Source of the DNA: a bacterium
GTDB taxonomy: Bacteria; Oederibacteriota; JAAXVQ01; JAUVAV01
Direction: 5' to 3'
DNA: 64,000 bases
Assembly (NCBI GenBank): GCA_021108215.1
Contig: JAIORK010000037.1
Span: forward strand, 20,352-84,351
Under the pieces are notes generated by a model. That model saw only the letters and a list, made by a program, of their open reading frames with translations. It had not been told where the DNA came from and ran no database searches. Both the position numbers and the translations under genes were made by a program. The first letter of the stretch is position 1, and every line of letters begins with the position of its first letter. Positions 25,261 to 35,257 of the stretch are shown piece by piece.

Positions 25261-25372
25261 CACGATAAAAATCCACGGGATTACCCGGCATCCGGCATAC
25301 GCCGGACAAGTTACGCCGGGCAGACTGCCCATGGCATTTTTGTCGAAAGATGTTCGCGCTATCACGATAAAA
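25261..25372. repeat. ~110-bp interspersed repeat, family 2, copy 1
   Basis: cacgataaaaatccacgggattacccggcatccggcatacgccggacaagttacgccgggcag...gttcgcgctatcacgataaaag aligns with 63201-63314 in the same orientation. It contains degenerate 13-16-nt internal repeats (acgccgg[ag]caag). It overlaps the last codons of the NtrC-like gene. Confidence 0.7.
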
Positions 25373-26750
25373 GTTGCAATTTTTTCAAAACCTGGCGCAG
25401 GTATTCAGGTTTCATACCCAGATAGTTGGCAGTTTGCGTAATTTTTTTTTGATGACGCTCATAATGAAAACCATAAAAAGCTTTTCTTATTTTAAATTCT
25501 TGCTCCTTTTCAAACTCACTAAATTCAGTATATTTCATTTGTTGCAACCGGGATTGGATCAATCCCACTGGATCATCTTCGCTGCTCTCATGAGAGGCCA
25601 AGGCTCCCTCCACATCCTTCAATCCCAGCGTATTACCACTGCATCGGTGAATGCCGCGTACAATACAGTTTTCCAGTTGCCGGACATTCCCGTCCCATTT
25701 CATTTGCTGGAATACATCCAGTACTTCCTGATCAATCTCTTTAATATTTTTATGGTTGTTTAACGCGAACAGATCCTTGGTCAAATAAGTAATATCCTCA
25801 CGTCGTTCCCTCAAGGATGGAATCGTCATAATATTTTTTTCAAACCGGTAAAACAATTCCTGTAAAAACCCGCCCTTTCTTACCATTTCACGAAGATTCC
25901 TGCTGGTGGCCGCCAAAATAATCACATCCACTTTTTTCTCAGTATTCGATCCAACCCGGCGAAAGGTCTTAAACTGAATGAACCTCAACAGCTTGGTCTG
26001 ATGACTGAGGGATAAATGCCCGATCTCATCAAAAAACAAAATGCCGTTTTCAGCTTTTTCCACCAATCCCATGTGATCACGCGTGGCATTGGCAAACGCA
26101 CCTTTTGTATACCCAAACAGCTCGGACTCAAACAATTCACTCGGAATACCAGGACAGTTGACATTGATCATAGTGCTGTTTCGCCGGTTACTGTGCTGAT
26201 GATACATTCTGGCCGCCACTTCTTTTCCTACGCCGGTCTCCCCTTCAAACAGGGTGTCCATATTGGCCTGGGCGGCCCGATAAATCTGTTTAGTAATATC
26301 CAATATCCGCGTTGATTTACCGCCTAAAATCCATTCCTGTTCCTTTTGAATTCCGAAAGACTGCGTTTCATCAATTGCACTTAATATTCCGGCAACCTTT
26401 TCAATAAATTCTTTATACTCAGTAATGGGTTTATAATCAAAATCATTCGCACCCATTTCAAGTGTTTTAACCAAAATGCTTGTATCACCAGTTCCGCTTA
26501 ACATAACAACCGGAAGTTCCTGCTTTGAATATTTTTTTCTCAATTTTTTCAGAGCTTCTATACCGGCGCGTTTGTCATTCACACCAAAATCAATATCTAA
26601 AAAAATAATTTCAGGTTGTGCAGCTTCGACAGCTTCCAAACAATGCTCACAATCCTCACTGAACGCAACCTGATAATTGTCCAATTCCATGCGCTCTTTG
26701 AAAATTTCCATAAAAGCAACATCATCATCAATAATTAGAATCCGCGCCAT
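25362..26750 (-). CDS. Sigma54-dependent response regulator (NtrC family enhancer-binding protein)
   Basis: The receiver has ILIIDDD..FLDIDF..DYKP. The AAA+ domain has GETGVGKEVAARMYH, FESELFGYTKGAFANA (GAFTGA-like), FFDEIG and ELFYR. The C-terminal HTH is TQTANYLGMKPEYLRQVLKKL. Confidence 0.85.
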   Translation of the reverse strand: MARILIIDDDVAFMEIFKERMELDNYQVAFSEDCEHCLEAVEAAQPEIIFLDIDFGVNDKRAGIEALKKLRKKYSKQELPVVMLSGTGDTSILVKTLEMGANDFDYKPITEYKEFIEKVAGILSAIDETQSFGIQKEQEWILGGKSTRILDITKQIYRAAQANMDTLFEGETGVGKEVAARMYHQHSNRRNSTMINVNCPGIPSELFESELFGYTKGAFANATRDHMGLVEKAENGILFFDEIGHLSLSHQTKLLRFIQFKTFRRVGSNTEKKVDVIILAATSRNLREMVRKGGFLQELFYRFEKNIMTIPSLRERREDITYLTKDLFALNNHKNIKEIDQEVLDVFQQMKWDGNVRQLENCIVRGIHRCSGNTLGLKDVEGALASHESSEDDPVGLIQSRLQQMKYTEFSEFEKEQEFKIRKAFYGFHYERHQKKITQTANYLGMKPEYLRQVLKKLQLLS

Positions 26751-28012
26751 TATTCCACCCTCTTTTTCGGACCAGGTCCATTCTTCGGCAATTGTACGAA
26801 AAATGTTGTGCCTTGTCCAAGTGTGCTGCTCAGTATGCTGACTTCGCCACCCAGCAATTTTGCCAACTCACGAGCATTGCTCAACCCGAGACCTGTACCC
26901 TCTTTTTTTGAGGGTAATCTTCTGAAGGGTTTAAATATCGTTTCCCAATGGTGCCTCTCAATCCCGGGACCGTGATCAGTAATTAATATTACTATCATCC
27001 CATGTTTCTCACCCAAATGGATATCAATGTCTGTCTGCACCCGGGTAAATTTAACCGCATTATCAATCAAATTCATAACAATACGTTCAAAAATATGTTT
27101 GTCGGTTTTCATAAAAATTGTTTCGGCGGGCAAATGAAGATGGATTTTTTTTCTTTCTTTGGAAAGTGTCACTTCAAATTGATTTTTCTTGTTTTTCAGC
27201 AATAACCCAACATCTTTTCCTTCAAGATTCAGCTTCACTTCGCGATGACTTAGGTTTTCATGATCACTTAGATTAAAAAGAAAACGATTTAATGCCCTGG
27301 ATTCTTCATGGGATAACTTAATATTATTCTGCAAATTCGGCACTTCCTCATTCCTTCCCAACAGGGTGTCCATATAATCCAGCCGTGTAGATATCCTATT
27401 TAATACTTTCCGGGCATCATGCGTAATTTTGGAAATAGTTTGTGATTTTTTTTCTTCAGCTTGCGCTAAAAAATAAAACGATAAAATCAGCGCCAACAGC
27501 AAAAGTAAAATGGCACTGATCGCCAGCAAAATATTGTCCTTGCGATGCATAAATTTTTCCAAAGTAAAAACAATCCTGAGCACAAAGCGTCCCTGGAGCA
27601 AATCCGGATGAAACGGCAGAATCGTATCAATTACCAAATAAAGGCTCTTGTCATTTGAATAAAACATTTCCGCATTCGATTCAGGTGGTTTTGTCAGCAA
27701 TGTTGTCAAAGATGAACTCTCGCCGGATTGCGTGGTCATCTCTTTATCCATGTACAATGCCATGTACTGAATGTGTGTGGTTGCAGTTAAAAGGCGCATG
27801 GTATCCAATAGATTGTCGTACTGATTTTCCAATAAATAATGCATCGCACTCTTGCTGATTTGTTCACCAAGATTTTTAGATTCTTGAATATGATTATTTT
27901 CCATCTCTTCAAGATTGATAAATAACATTGCGATTGCACCTAAACCTACGAGAACCGCAGTGATGGCCGCAATCATGAATCTGTTTTTTCTCCAGAACCG
28001 CTTACCTTTCAA
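26750..28012 (-). CDS. Sensor histidine kinase
   Basis: It has two TM segments, the H-box SKITHDARKVLNRI, the N-box MNLIDNAVKFT, the G1 box DHGPGI and the G2 box GTGLGLS. It is coupled to the NtrC-like gene by a 1-nt overlap. Confidence 0.8.
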   Translation of the reverse strand: MKGKRFWRKNRFMIAAITAVLVGLGAIAMLFINLEEMENNHIQESKNLGEQISKSAMHYLLENQYDNLLDTMRLLTATTHIQYMALYMDKEMTTQSGESSSLTTLLTKPPESNAEMFYSNDKSLYLVIDTILPFHPDLLQGRFVLRIVFTLEKFMHRKDNILLAISAILLLLLALILSFYFLAQAEEKKSQTISKITHDARKVLNRISTRLDYMDTLLGRNEEVPNLQNNIKLSHEESRALNRFLFNLSDHENLSHREVKLNLEGKDVGLLLKNKKNQFEVTLSKERKKIHLHLPAETIFMKTDKHIFERIVMNLIDNAVKFTRVQTDIDIHLGEKHGMIVILITDHGPGIERHHWETIFKPFRRLPSKKEGTGLGLSNARELAKLLGGEVSILSSTLGQGTTFFVQLPKNGPGPKKRVE

Positions 28013-28033
28013 TACCTGTATCCGCTTTCCTGC

Positions 28034-28981
28034 CTAAAAAAGTTCCATGGCACTGTATTTTTCCGTCCATTGTTGGTATCTTTTTTCATCCTCCGGCGAG
28101 ATCGGCATGGCCCGGTCACAACCTAAAAAATAGAGCATCTGATGAAGTCCCGGATCTTCGTGCATTCGCGCAAAAAATTCCCCACATTTTTGAATGCGCG
28201 CCATTTTTTCCTTGTCTGCAGAAGCTCTGTAAAAAATAGGCAAATCAGCAATAGAATCCGGATGTTTAAGGAACGGCTGGATCGCTTCCCCCAATTCAGG
28301 CCGGAGTTTGGTAAAAACATCCAATGCATACTCGGTCTCCAACACCACATCCGTGGTCCGATAAAATAAAGAAAAAATTGAATTACGACTGCTGTTATAC
28401 ATTTTTACGGATTTAAAATATGTTTTTTCGTCATATCCGGCAAGCTTACTAAAAAAAAGATAGCGTATTTTATTTGTATCATGCGGATGGTTAATCCCAA
28501 GTGTTTTTCCCCGCAACTGGCCGACATGTTGAATATTATCTTTTTTTCGGACAATCAGTATGTAGTGATCATTGGACAATCTGCCGGCACGTTTTTTTTG
28601 CTGAAAACGAACCAATGGTTTGACCAAACTTTTCTTGTAATGCTTCAGAAAATTCACCAAATGACCACAACCGATGTCTGCCTGGTTTTCAGAAATTTTT
28701 CGATACATTTTCTTGTCATTTTCAAAAAAACGAAATTGTATCTGAAAGCCCAGTTGAGGAATCATATATTCATAGACCAAGGCTTTGTAAACTTCCATGG
28801 CTTCCCGCGGATTGACATAGTGTTGTAATCCCGATTTGGAAAGACAGAACACCACATCACTCGATTCGAACCCGTTGTTTTTGACCTGGGTGATTGTCGC
28901 TGCACCAACCGGCAGGGCAAGACAACCGATGATCAAGCATGTCCCTATTTTTAATCGAACAGCCTCAAAATACTTGTTCAT
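28034..28981 (-). CDS. Periplasmic solute-binding-like protein (PhnD-like fold suspected), probably a sensory partner of the kinase
   Basis: It has a signal peptide ...ALPVGAA. At 315 aa its size and pattern (LRGKTLGINHPHDTN...) resemble phosphonate-type substrate-binding proteins often found next to kinases. This is weak motif-level evidence only. Confidence 0.35.
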   Translation of the reverse strand: MNKYFEAVRLKIGTCLIIGCLALPVGAATITQVKNNGFESSDVVFCLSKSGLQHYVNPREAMEVYKALVYEYMIPQLGFQIQFRFFENDKKMYRKISENQADIGCGHLVNFLKHYKKSLVKPLVRFQQKKRAGRLSNDHYILIVRKKDNIQHVGQLRGKTLGINHPHDTNKIRYLFFSKLAGYDEKTYFKSVKMYNSSRNSIFSLFYRTTDVVLETEYALDVFTKLRPELGEAIQPFLKHPDSIADLPIFYRASADKEKMARIQKCGEFFARMHEDPGLHQMLYFLGCDRAMPISPEDEKRYQQWTEKYSAMELF

Positions 28982-30560
28982 GCAAATCTTTTCCCATCAT
29001 CCGGATGTATTCAATCATTTGATTCTGATATTCCAAACAGGTCTCTAAATACTCAATCCTGACCTCGCTCTCATCCACTTGCGCCTCAATCATATCGCTG
29101 GTTTTGACCTCATCAATCCGGTACCCTTCAATGGCCAGTTGGGAACGCTCCCTGGCGTCGGCTTCAGCTTTTTCCAGGCGCTGGAGTGATCGTACCGAGC
29201 TCTCCAAATCTTTCAACAATACTTCCATTTGGGTTGTCAGCGCGTGTTTGGCATAAACCACCTCTTTTTTTGCAGAAGCATAGGCAGCCTGTTTCTCCCG
29301 AAGTACTGAGATACTCCCCATACCGAGTGGAAACGTCCAGCTCGCACCCACCGTGACCTGCCAGGAAGATTCCGGCATATTTCCGAATTCCGGTTCTTCG
29401 TGAAATGTATTGAATTCTCCACTCACACCGATCATGGGAAATAATTCCGCACGGGCAACTTCGACTTCCTTTTCCGCCAGTTTTTCCCCCAATTCCAGTT
29501 GCTGCCAGTTATGGTTTTTGGTTTGCATCGTATCAAATGATTCCTCCACAGTTACTATAAGCGCATTGGGGACCCTCGTATTTCCCCGGATGGTCACCGA
29601 ATTTCCAGACCCTAATAACAACTGTAAATATCGGTTACCCTTCTCGACTTTGTTCAAAGTTTCCTGTTTCATATGCTCAATTTTATTGGCATAAACTTTG
29701 ATGGTCATATAATCATACTGATTTTTCTTGCTGCGAGTGCTTTTCATTAGTGCCTTGGTAATCACCCGGAGCATCTTGAAGCGGCTCTCCATCTCCTCCG
29801 CCAAGCCAAGCAATTGTTCTCCTTGTGAGAGCGCAAAATACGTCTGACAAATCTGGCTGAAAATTGCCTGCACGCTTTCTGCTTGTTCATGCATTTTCAG
29901 TTCTTCATTCCAACCGGCTTGTTGATAGCGTCCGGATATTTTTCCAAAGGTGAAAATGGGTTGGGTTAATTTGAAACTTGATCCAAAATAATGACCGCCC
30001 AAATAACCGGATTCGATGGATTGAGGAATGGTATCGGCGGCATCAAAATATTGTTGTAATACTTTAATTTTTAAATCTTGAGGTATGGGTTCCGTCTCTC
30101 CGGGAGGTATAAAGCCAGGATCTAAAAAACCACTCCCATATTCATCATAGTATTTCTTAAATTTTGTAAACTCAAGAGGATCTGTCTCTGGTCCATACCC
30201 CCATGGAGAATATCCTCCATCGAGAATTTCATCTTTCATCGAAAAATAAGCGTATGTAAAAACAAACAAATCATAATACTCATCCGGCAAGGTAATGTTG
30301 CTGACACGATCATGATCCAAGATGGTCCAACCGGCTTCCACAGACAAACTTGGAAAAAAATATGACAATGCCTGGCCCTTGAGCGCGGATGCCATTTTGA
30401 CTTTCTCGTAATGACTTTGTATCTGCGGATTATTCTGTAAAGCCATACTAAGACATTGATTCAAAGTTAATGCTTCGAGATTGTCATCAGCGGAAATTTT
30501 TCCATAAATGGCTGCCATGAATAAAAAAACCAGTAAAAACGCAAGGTGTTTTTTTGACAA
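28965..30560 (-). CDS. TolC-family outer-membrane efflux/secretion duct protein
   Basis: After the signal peptide, LTLNQCLSMALQNNPQIQSHYEKVKMASALKGQALSYFFPSLSVEAGW is the classic OEP-family N-terminal repeat opening. A second half-repeat (LFPMIGVSGEF...) and long coiled helices are present. Confidence 0.7.
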   Translation of the reverse strand: MSKKHLAFLLVFLFMAAIYGKISADDNLEALTLNQCLSMALQNNPQIQSHYEKVKMASALKGQALSYFFPSLSVEAGWTILDHDRVSNITLPDEYYDLFVFTYAYFSMKDEILDGGYSPWGYGPETDPLEFTKFKKYYDEYGSGFLDPGFIPPGETEPIPQDLKIKVLQQYFDAADTIPQSIESGYLGGHYFGSSFKLTQPIFTFGKISGRYQQAGWNEELKMHEQAESVQAIFSQICQTYFALSQGEQLLGLAEEMESRFKMLRVITKALMKSTRSKKNQYDYMTIKVYANKIEHMKQETLNKVEKGNRYLQLLLGSGNSVTIRGNTRVPNALIVTVEESFDTMQTKNHNWQQLELGEKLAEKEVEVARAELFPMIGVSGEFNTFHEEPEFGNMPESSWQVTVGASWTFPLGMGSISVLREKQAAYASAKKEVVYAKHALTTQMEVLLKDLESSVRSLQRLEKAEADARERSQLAIEGYRIDEVKTSDMIEAQVDESEVRIEYLETCLEYQNQMIEYIRMMGKDLHEQVF

Positions 30561-30660
30561 GACTCCCCCCCGATCATCTTAAATTAATTGAAATTTAACA
30601 TAACCAAAAGGGAATATAAAGAAAATAGTATCCGTTTTTTTCAACAACTCTATTAAACCA

Positions 30661-32241
30661 CTAAAAATGAATTCCCAAACCGAATATAAAACCCAGACTT
30701 TTTGAAGGAAGGGTGATGGTATCTGCATCCAGCTGGAGAGATGCTTCGGTTGTGCCGGTTTCGTAGAAAACTGCGGCATGCCAGTAGCTGCCGCTCAGTC
30801 CGCCCCAGTCCAGCGCCAGTGTGACGGCCGGCACCAATTTTTTATCATCAAATTCCGCCTGATCCAGAGAAAAGGTCCGGACGCGAAAAGCCGGTCCGCC
30901 GGATATTCGCAATTGCAAAAATGACTCTTGAAAGGACCAGCGGGTTAGCCAGGCCAATTCAGCGCCCATACTATACTCCTGAATATAAAGTCCCTTGTCC
31001 AATCCGGATTCAGACTGTTTTTCGGCAGCATTGATATAAAGTCTGGCAAAGGGAACCACGCCGAGGCTAATATCCAAATGCGGTCCGCTCAATAGGGTCA
31101 ACAGAGTTGCCAGATATTCGGCCCGAAACCCCAGATTAACCAGATTGTTATCATTGACATAGCCTTTTCCGCGCAAACCGCTCCCAATACTCTCTGTCTG
31201 ATAGTTCAAAGACAAAATCAGCTCATTGTCCAAAGATCCCGCCGGATCATTTTTCGCTGCTGCTTGTGAAACCCACGCCGGCCCGATCACGGATTTATCA
31301 ATTCGGTCTTTCTGGAATTTTCGCTGCCCAGCCATATTGCGCCGGTGTGCCAAAACATAGGCTTTATCCGCACTTCCCTTGTGATTAAGAATAAGAAAAT
31401 TGCCAATGATCAGCGCCCCGGTCAAATTTTCAATGCGCGCATTATTTTGCGCGGCAATTGCAAACCCAATTGTTCCGGCCAAAAAAAGCAGCTCGGAATA
31501 CATGACTGTAGACGATTCCCGCATCCCCGGTTCCAAAGTCTCTTCACCCAATCCGGGCAGCAAAGCTGATAAAAAAGAGAGTTTTTCCGGAGAAAAAAAC
31601 CGTACATCCATGGCTTCAGCTGCTTCCAATCCTAAGGGATGCATTTTTTGTGATACCCAAAAGTCTTTAAGCAATGTGAGCGTGTTGGTTTCCCGATGCC
31701 GTGCTTGCCAGGCCATTTGATAGGCAGCCCAGCCTGAATATTCTGATTCCGGATATTTTTCCAGGAAGCGCTCCCAACCGGCTGCTTGATCCCCTTGCAA
31801 AATTGCATCAATCTGAAGCGTCAGCAACGCGATGCATTCTGAAAACGCCGGTGTTTCCGGCCCATACCGGTTTTGTTCAATTTCATGATAAGCAGTTTTC
31901 ATAAGACGGGAAATTTCCGGATCAAGATCAAAGTGAGGAAGATAGGGTGTGTCTTCCGGAATTTCAGGAAGAATATTTTGTAAGGGGCTTTTGGGATAAT
32001 ATTCTTGGAGGTATTGCAGGTATTGCTCACTGCGGTCAGATTGTCCGAGCGCATCCAGCGTGAGTGCCAACCAGTAAAGCTCCAAATCCTGCAACCGTCC
32101 CGCCGGGGTCTGGGGATAGTACGCTGTCAGCTTTTGCGCAGCCGTATAGTAGTGGTCCAATTCAACCGCACCGAATACCGGACCTGGGCTGACTGTCAAT
32201 CCCAGCATGAGTATCATGACCAAAATACATTTACGTTTCAC
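30661..32241 (-). CDS. Secreted protein with an N-terminal helical (TPR-like) region and a C-terminal barrel-like region
   Basis: It has a signal peptide ...GPVFGA and a helical Tyr/Leu-rich N-half. The C-half has alternating beta pattern ending in FIFGLGIHF, with a terminal Phe. Confidence 0.4.
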   Translation of the reverse strand: MKRKCILVMILMLGLTVSPGPVFGAVELDHYYTAAQKLTAYYPQTPAGRLQDLELYWLALTLDALGQSDRSEQYLQYLQEYYPKSPLQNILPEIPEDTPYLPHFDLDPEISRLMKTAYHEIEQNRYGPETPAFSECIALLTLQIDAILQGDQAAGWERFLEKYPESEYSGWAAYQMAWQARHRETNTLTLLKDFWVSQKMHPLGLEAAEAMDVRFFSPEKLSFLSALLPGLGEETLEPGMRESSTVMYSELLFLAGTIGFAIAAQNNARIENLTGALIIGNFLILNHKGSADKAYVLAHRRNMAGQRKFQKDRIDKSVIGPAWVSQAAAKNDPAGSLDNELILSLNYQTESIGSGLRGKGYVNDNNLVNLGFRAEYLATLLTLLSGPHLDISLGVVPFARLYINAAEKQSESGLDKGLYIQEYSMGAELAWLTRWSFQESFLQLRISGGPAFRVRTFSLDQAEFDDKKLVPAVTLALDWGGLSGSYWHAAVFYETGTTEASLQLDADTITLPSKSLGFIFGLGIHF

Positions 32242-32352
32242 AAATACCTCTTAAATACTTTCTCTATGTATCGATTGCCGCAATTATACAACCATGCATA
32301 TTATAATGTAAAAATTTGTCAATTGAAGAAAAATCTGGTGTGTGTGATGAAG

Positions 32353-32433
32353 GTAGGAAAGAACCGTCGTGACCTGTCCTGCATATACAGGGTGTCCCGA
32401 ACGTATGCATCGCTATGCAGAACCGTTCCCTAC
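32353..32433. repeat. Degenerate composite REP remnant
   Basis: gtaggaaagaaccgtcgtgacc...gtgtcccgaacgta...gcagaaccgttccctac resembles both the arms of the 17183 palindrome and the internal gtcccgcacga segment of the 4015/5183 elements. It lies in a 456-nt gene-free interval. Confidence 0.4.
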
Positions 32434-32697
32434 TTAGCCGATCCTGAAAAACATAAAAAATGCTGGAAATATTGAAAAAGCAATAAAAAAAACCTGTGCG
32501 TGTTGTTGAACGAATAAGCTGTATTTGTTGCAACCTACCATTTGTATGTCCCCGTATCATTGTATTGCCCATTTGCAGCATAGGAGTGAAACAATGCGCA
32601 TATATCTCAAACGTATGAAGATACAAAAATTACACTATCATCTGACCAGGCTTCATCGAGAAATGAGTTCTAATTTGACTTTTTCAGGATCGACTAC

Positions 32698-34011
32698 TTA
32701 CAGCAGTTTCGCTGCCAGGGCTGCCAGGGGTGACCGTTCACTTTTGGTCAAAGTAATATGACCAAACAAACCTTGCGCTTTAAAGTGTTCGACCAAGTAG
32801 GTTAGTCCGTTGGAGTTGGAATCCAAATAGGGATTATCAATTTGATAAGGATCACCGGTCAAGACGACCTTGGTACCCTCCCCCGCCCGGGAAACAATGG
32901 TTTTCACCTCATGCGGGGTTAAATTTTGCGCCTCATCGACAATCATAAATTGTTTGGGAATCGAGCGTCCCCGAATGTACGTCAAGGACTCCAAAACAAT
33001 CTTCCCGCTCTCATTTAAATACCGCAAGGTTCCTTCGCCGGTTTCTTCAGACTCCCCGTTTTGGTCCATTAAAAATTCCAAGTTATCAAAAATAGGCTGC
33101 ATCCAAGGCGCGATTTTTTCCTCCTTGGAACCCGGCAAATATCCAATATCCCTTCCCAAGGGTATCACCGGCCGGCTTACCAGGATTCGACGGTATCGGC
33201 GCTCGTCCAAGGTTGCCCGAAGTGCAGCTGCAATCGCCAGCAGTGTTTTTCCCGTGCCTGCCGATCCTACGAGTGTCACCAGAGGTATATTACTGTCCAA
33301 CAGCAATTCAAAAGCAAATTTTTGTCTCAGGTTTTTAGCCGTAATTCCCCAAATTTCCTGGTCACCCGAAATCAAGGGGACGATCATTTTTTCCTTCCAG
33401 TCGACCTTCCCCACCACGCTCTGATTTGAATCAGTTTTCCCATCCTTGAGAAGAATAAATTGATTGGGAAACAGCTCTGCTTCCGGTAAAGCCAGTTTTT
33501 TATCTGCTAAAAATTTCGCAATGAATTCGGAAGACACCTCCACAGTGGCAACCCCGGAGTAAAGCTCATCAATATTAACTTTGTGACTTTCAAAATCTTC
33601 TGCCTGAACTTCAACCACATCCGCCTTGACGCGCAGATTGACGTCTTTGGTAACCAACCGGACATTTCCCTCCCCCTGTTGTTGCAAAGACATGGCCAGG
33701 GCCAGTATCTGGTTGTCGATCCGGTTTGGTATCAACCCTTTCACCTTAACCTCCGGCATCTCAACCGGAATCTTCAAAATACCGCCGTTCTCCATTTTCA
33801 CACCCTTGGAGAGTGATCCTTGACCGCGAAGTTTATCAATAAACCGGGAAACATGCCGGGCATTTTTCCCCTTTTCATCATTGCCTTTTTTAAATTTATC
33901 CAATTCTTCCAAAGCAACAATCGGAATCACAACCAAATTATCCGCAAACATTTTTAAGGCTTCGGGATTGTGAAGCAATACATTGGTATCGAGAATGAAG
34001 GTTTTTTTCAT
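32698..34011 (-). CDS. PIN-domain plus PhoH-like ATPase fusion protein
   Basis: The N-terminus KTFILDTNVLLHNPEAL is PIN-like. The C-terminal half has GSAGTGKTLLAIAAAL (Walker A), FMIVDEAQNLT (Walker B) and GTKVVLTGDPYQID, typical of PhoH. Confidence 0.85.
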   Translation of the reverse strand: MKKTFILDTNVLLHNPEALKMFADNLVVIPIVALEELDKFKKGNDEKGKNARHVSRFIDKLRGQGSLSKGVKMENGGILKIPVEMPEVKVKGLIPNRIDNQILALAMSLQQQGEGNVRLVTKDVNLRVKADVVEVQAEDFESHKVNIDELYSGVATVEVSSEFIAKFLADKKLALPEAELFPNQFILLKDGKTDSNQSVVGKVDWKEKMIVPLISGDQEIWGITAKNLRQKFAFELLLDSNIPLVTLVGSAGTGKTLLAIAAALRATLDERRYRRILVSRPVIPLGRDIGYLPGSKEEKIAPWMQPIFDNLEFLMDQNGESEETGEGTLRYLNESGKIVLESLTYIRGRSIPKQFMIVDEAQNLTPHEVKTIVSRAGEGTKVVLTGDPYQIDNPYLDSNSNGLTYLVEHFKAQGLFGHITLTKSERSPLAALAAKLL

Positions 34012-34098
34012 GAAAACAATCTCACTTTACGCTAAATTTAACTGCCTCATCAGTATCGGTTTCCGGCTGACGAAACATTACCGGCCGGTATCGCTGAT

Positions 34099-35019
34099 TT
34101 ACCTTACCTTGTCCATCCATTGATGCACGTCTTCCCGCTCACCTTTGAGGACGCCAAAATACACTTCCTGAATCGCTTGGGTCATCGGCCCACGCTTGCC
34201 ATCACCGACCAGTATCTTGTCCACCCGGGTTATCGGTGTGATCTCAGCAGCCGTGCCGGTCATAAAAGCCTCATCCGCCACATAGAGACTCTCGCGTGGC
34301 AGAACATGCTGCTTGACCGTGTATCCCAGGTCCCGCGCCAGTTGAAATACACAGTGCCGGGTTATACCGGGAAGAATACTGGAAGAGGAAGGCGGGGTAA
34401 AAATCACCCCGTTTTTGATAATAAAAAGATTTTCACCCGACCCCTCGGATATATAACCAAAGGTATCCAATGCAATCCCTTCATCAAACCCGTCCTGAAG
34501 GGCCTCCATTTTAACCAATTGGGAATTCATATAATTGGAAGCCACCTTGGCCATGGCCGGCATGGTATTGGGTGCCGGACGGTTCCAGGAAGCCACCCGG
34601 ACAGAAACACCTTTTTCCAGCGCATCCTCACCCAGATAGGCGCCCCATTCCCAAACAGCTATGGCGGTTTGAATGGGACATTTAAAGGGATTGATCCCCA
34701 AGGAATGATACCCGCGGAATATAAACGGGCGAATATAGGCTTCTTTTAAATCATTGGCAAGAATGGTTTCGCGCACCGCCGCGCAGAGTGTGTCCAAATC
34801 ATAGGCAGTATCCATGCGGTATATTTTGGCTGAATCCAGCAACCGCTTCAAGTGCTCGCGAAGCCGAAGAATAAATGATCCTTTGGGATTGGCATACATT
34901 CGCAGACCATCGAAGGCACAAGAGCCGTAATGCAGGGCATGGGATAAAATATGTATCTTGGCATCATCCCAAGGCACAAGTTTTCCATCAATCCATATTT
35001 TTTTTGCCGGAAATCCCAT
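34099..35019 (-). CDS. ilvE: Branched-chain amino acid aminotransferase
   Basis: The start is trimmed to MGFPAKKIWIDGKLVPWDDAKIHILSHALHYGSCAFDGLRMY. Also present are YIRPFIFRG, EGSGENLFIIKNGVIFTPP, ILPGITR and TGTAAEITPI, all fold-type IV PLP aminotransferase signatures. Confidence 0.85.
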   Translation of the reverse strand: MGFPAKKIWIDGKLVPWDDAKIHILSHALHYGSCAFDGLRMYANPKGSFILRLREHLKRLLDSAKIYRMDTAYDLDTLCAAVRETILANDLKEAYIRPFIFRGYHSLGINPFKCPIQTAIAVWEWGAYLGEDALEKGVSVRVASWNRPAPNTMPAMAKVASNYMNSQLVKMEALQDGFDEGIALDTFGYISEGSGENLFIIKNGVIFTPPSSSSILPGITRHCVFQLARDLGYTVKQHVLPRESLYVADEAFMTGTAAEITPITRVDKILVGDGKRGPMTQAIQEVYFGVLKGEREDVHQWMDKVR

Positions 35020-35257
35020 GACACCCCTCCGATTCAATTGCCGTAAACGACCATGCTGTTTGGCGACGATAATTGCTTGTTGGCTTGACATCATACCCTG
35101 TCAGAATGCAATGTGCAAGTATTTTCCAAATACACGCCATCGGCTGCTATTGATCTTTTTTACAAGTCTGTTCGGCGTGAAAGCGATGAATACAACACAC
35201 CTGGTCTGCTTATTTGTCACAACGTTGGATTTCAACCCAGCGGCGGGTAACCTTTTT

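Noticed and set aside
32264-32626. The 120-aa minus-strand ORF, and the 156-aa plus-strand ORF 32005..32475, in or near the 456-nt intergenic gap
   Set aside because: They have odd composition and no RBS or motifs. One overlaps the real gene 30661..32241 antisense. The gap contains a REP remnant. I treat the region as non-coding, although a small RNA cannot be excluded.
32870-34749. Plus-strand ORFs 32870..33424 (184 aa) and 34120..34749 (209 aa)
   Set aside because: They are antisense to the clearly recognisable PhoH-like and IlvE genes. Their products are Arg/Pro/Ser-rich, as is typical of antisense frames.
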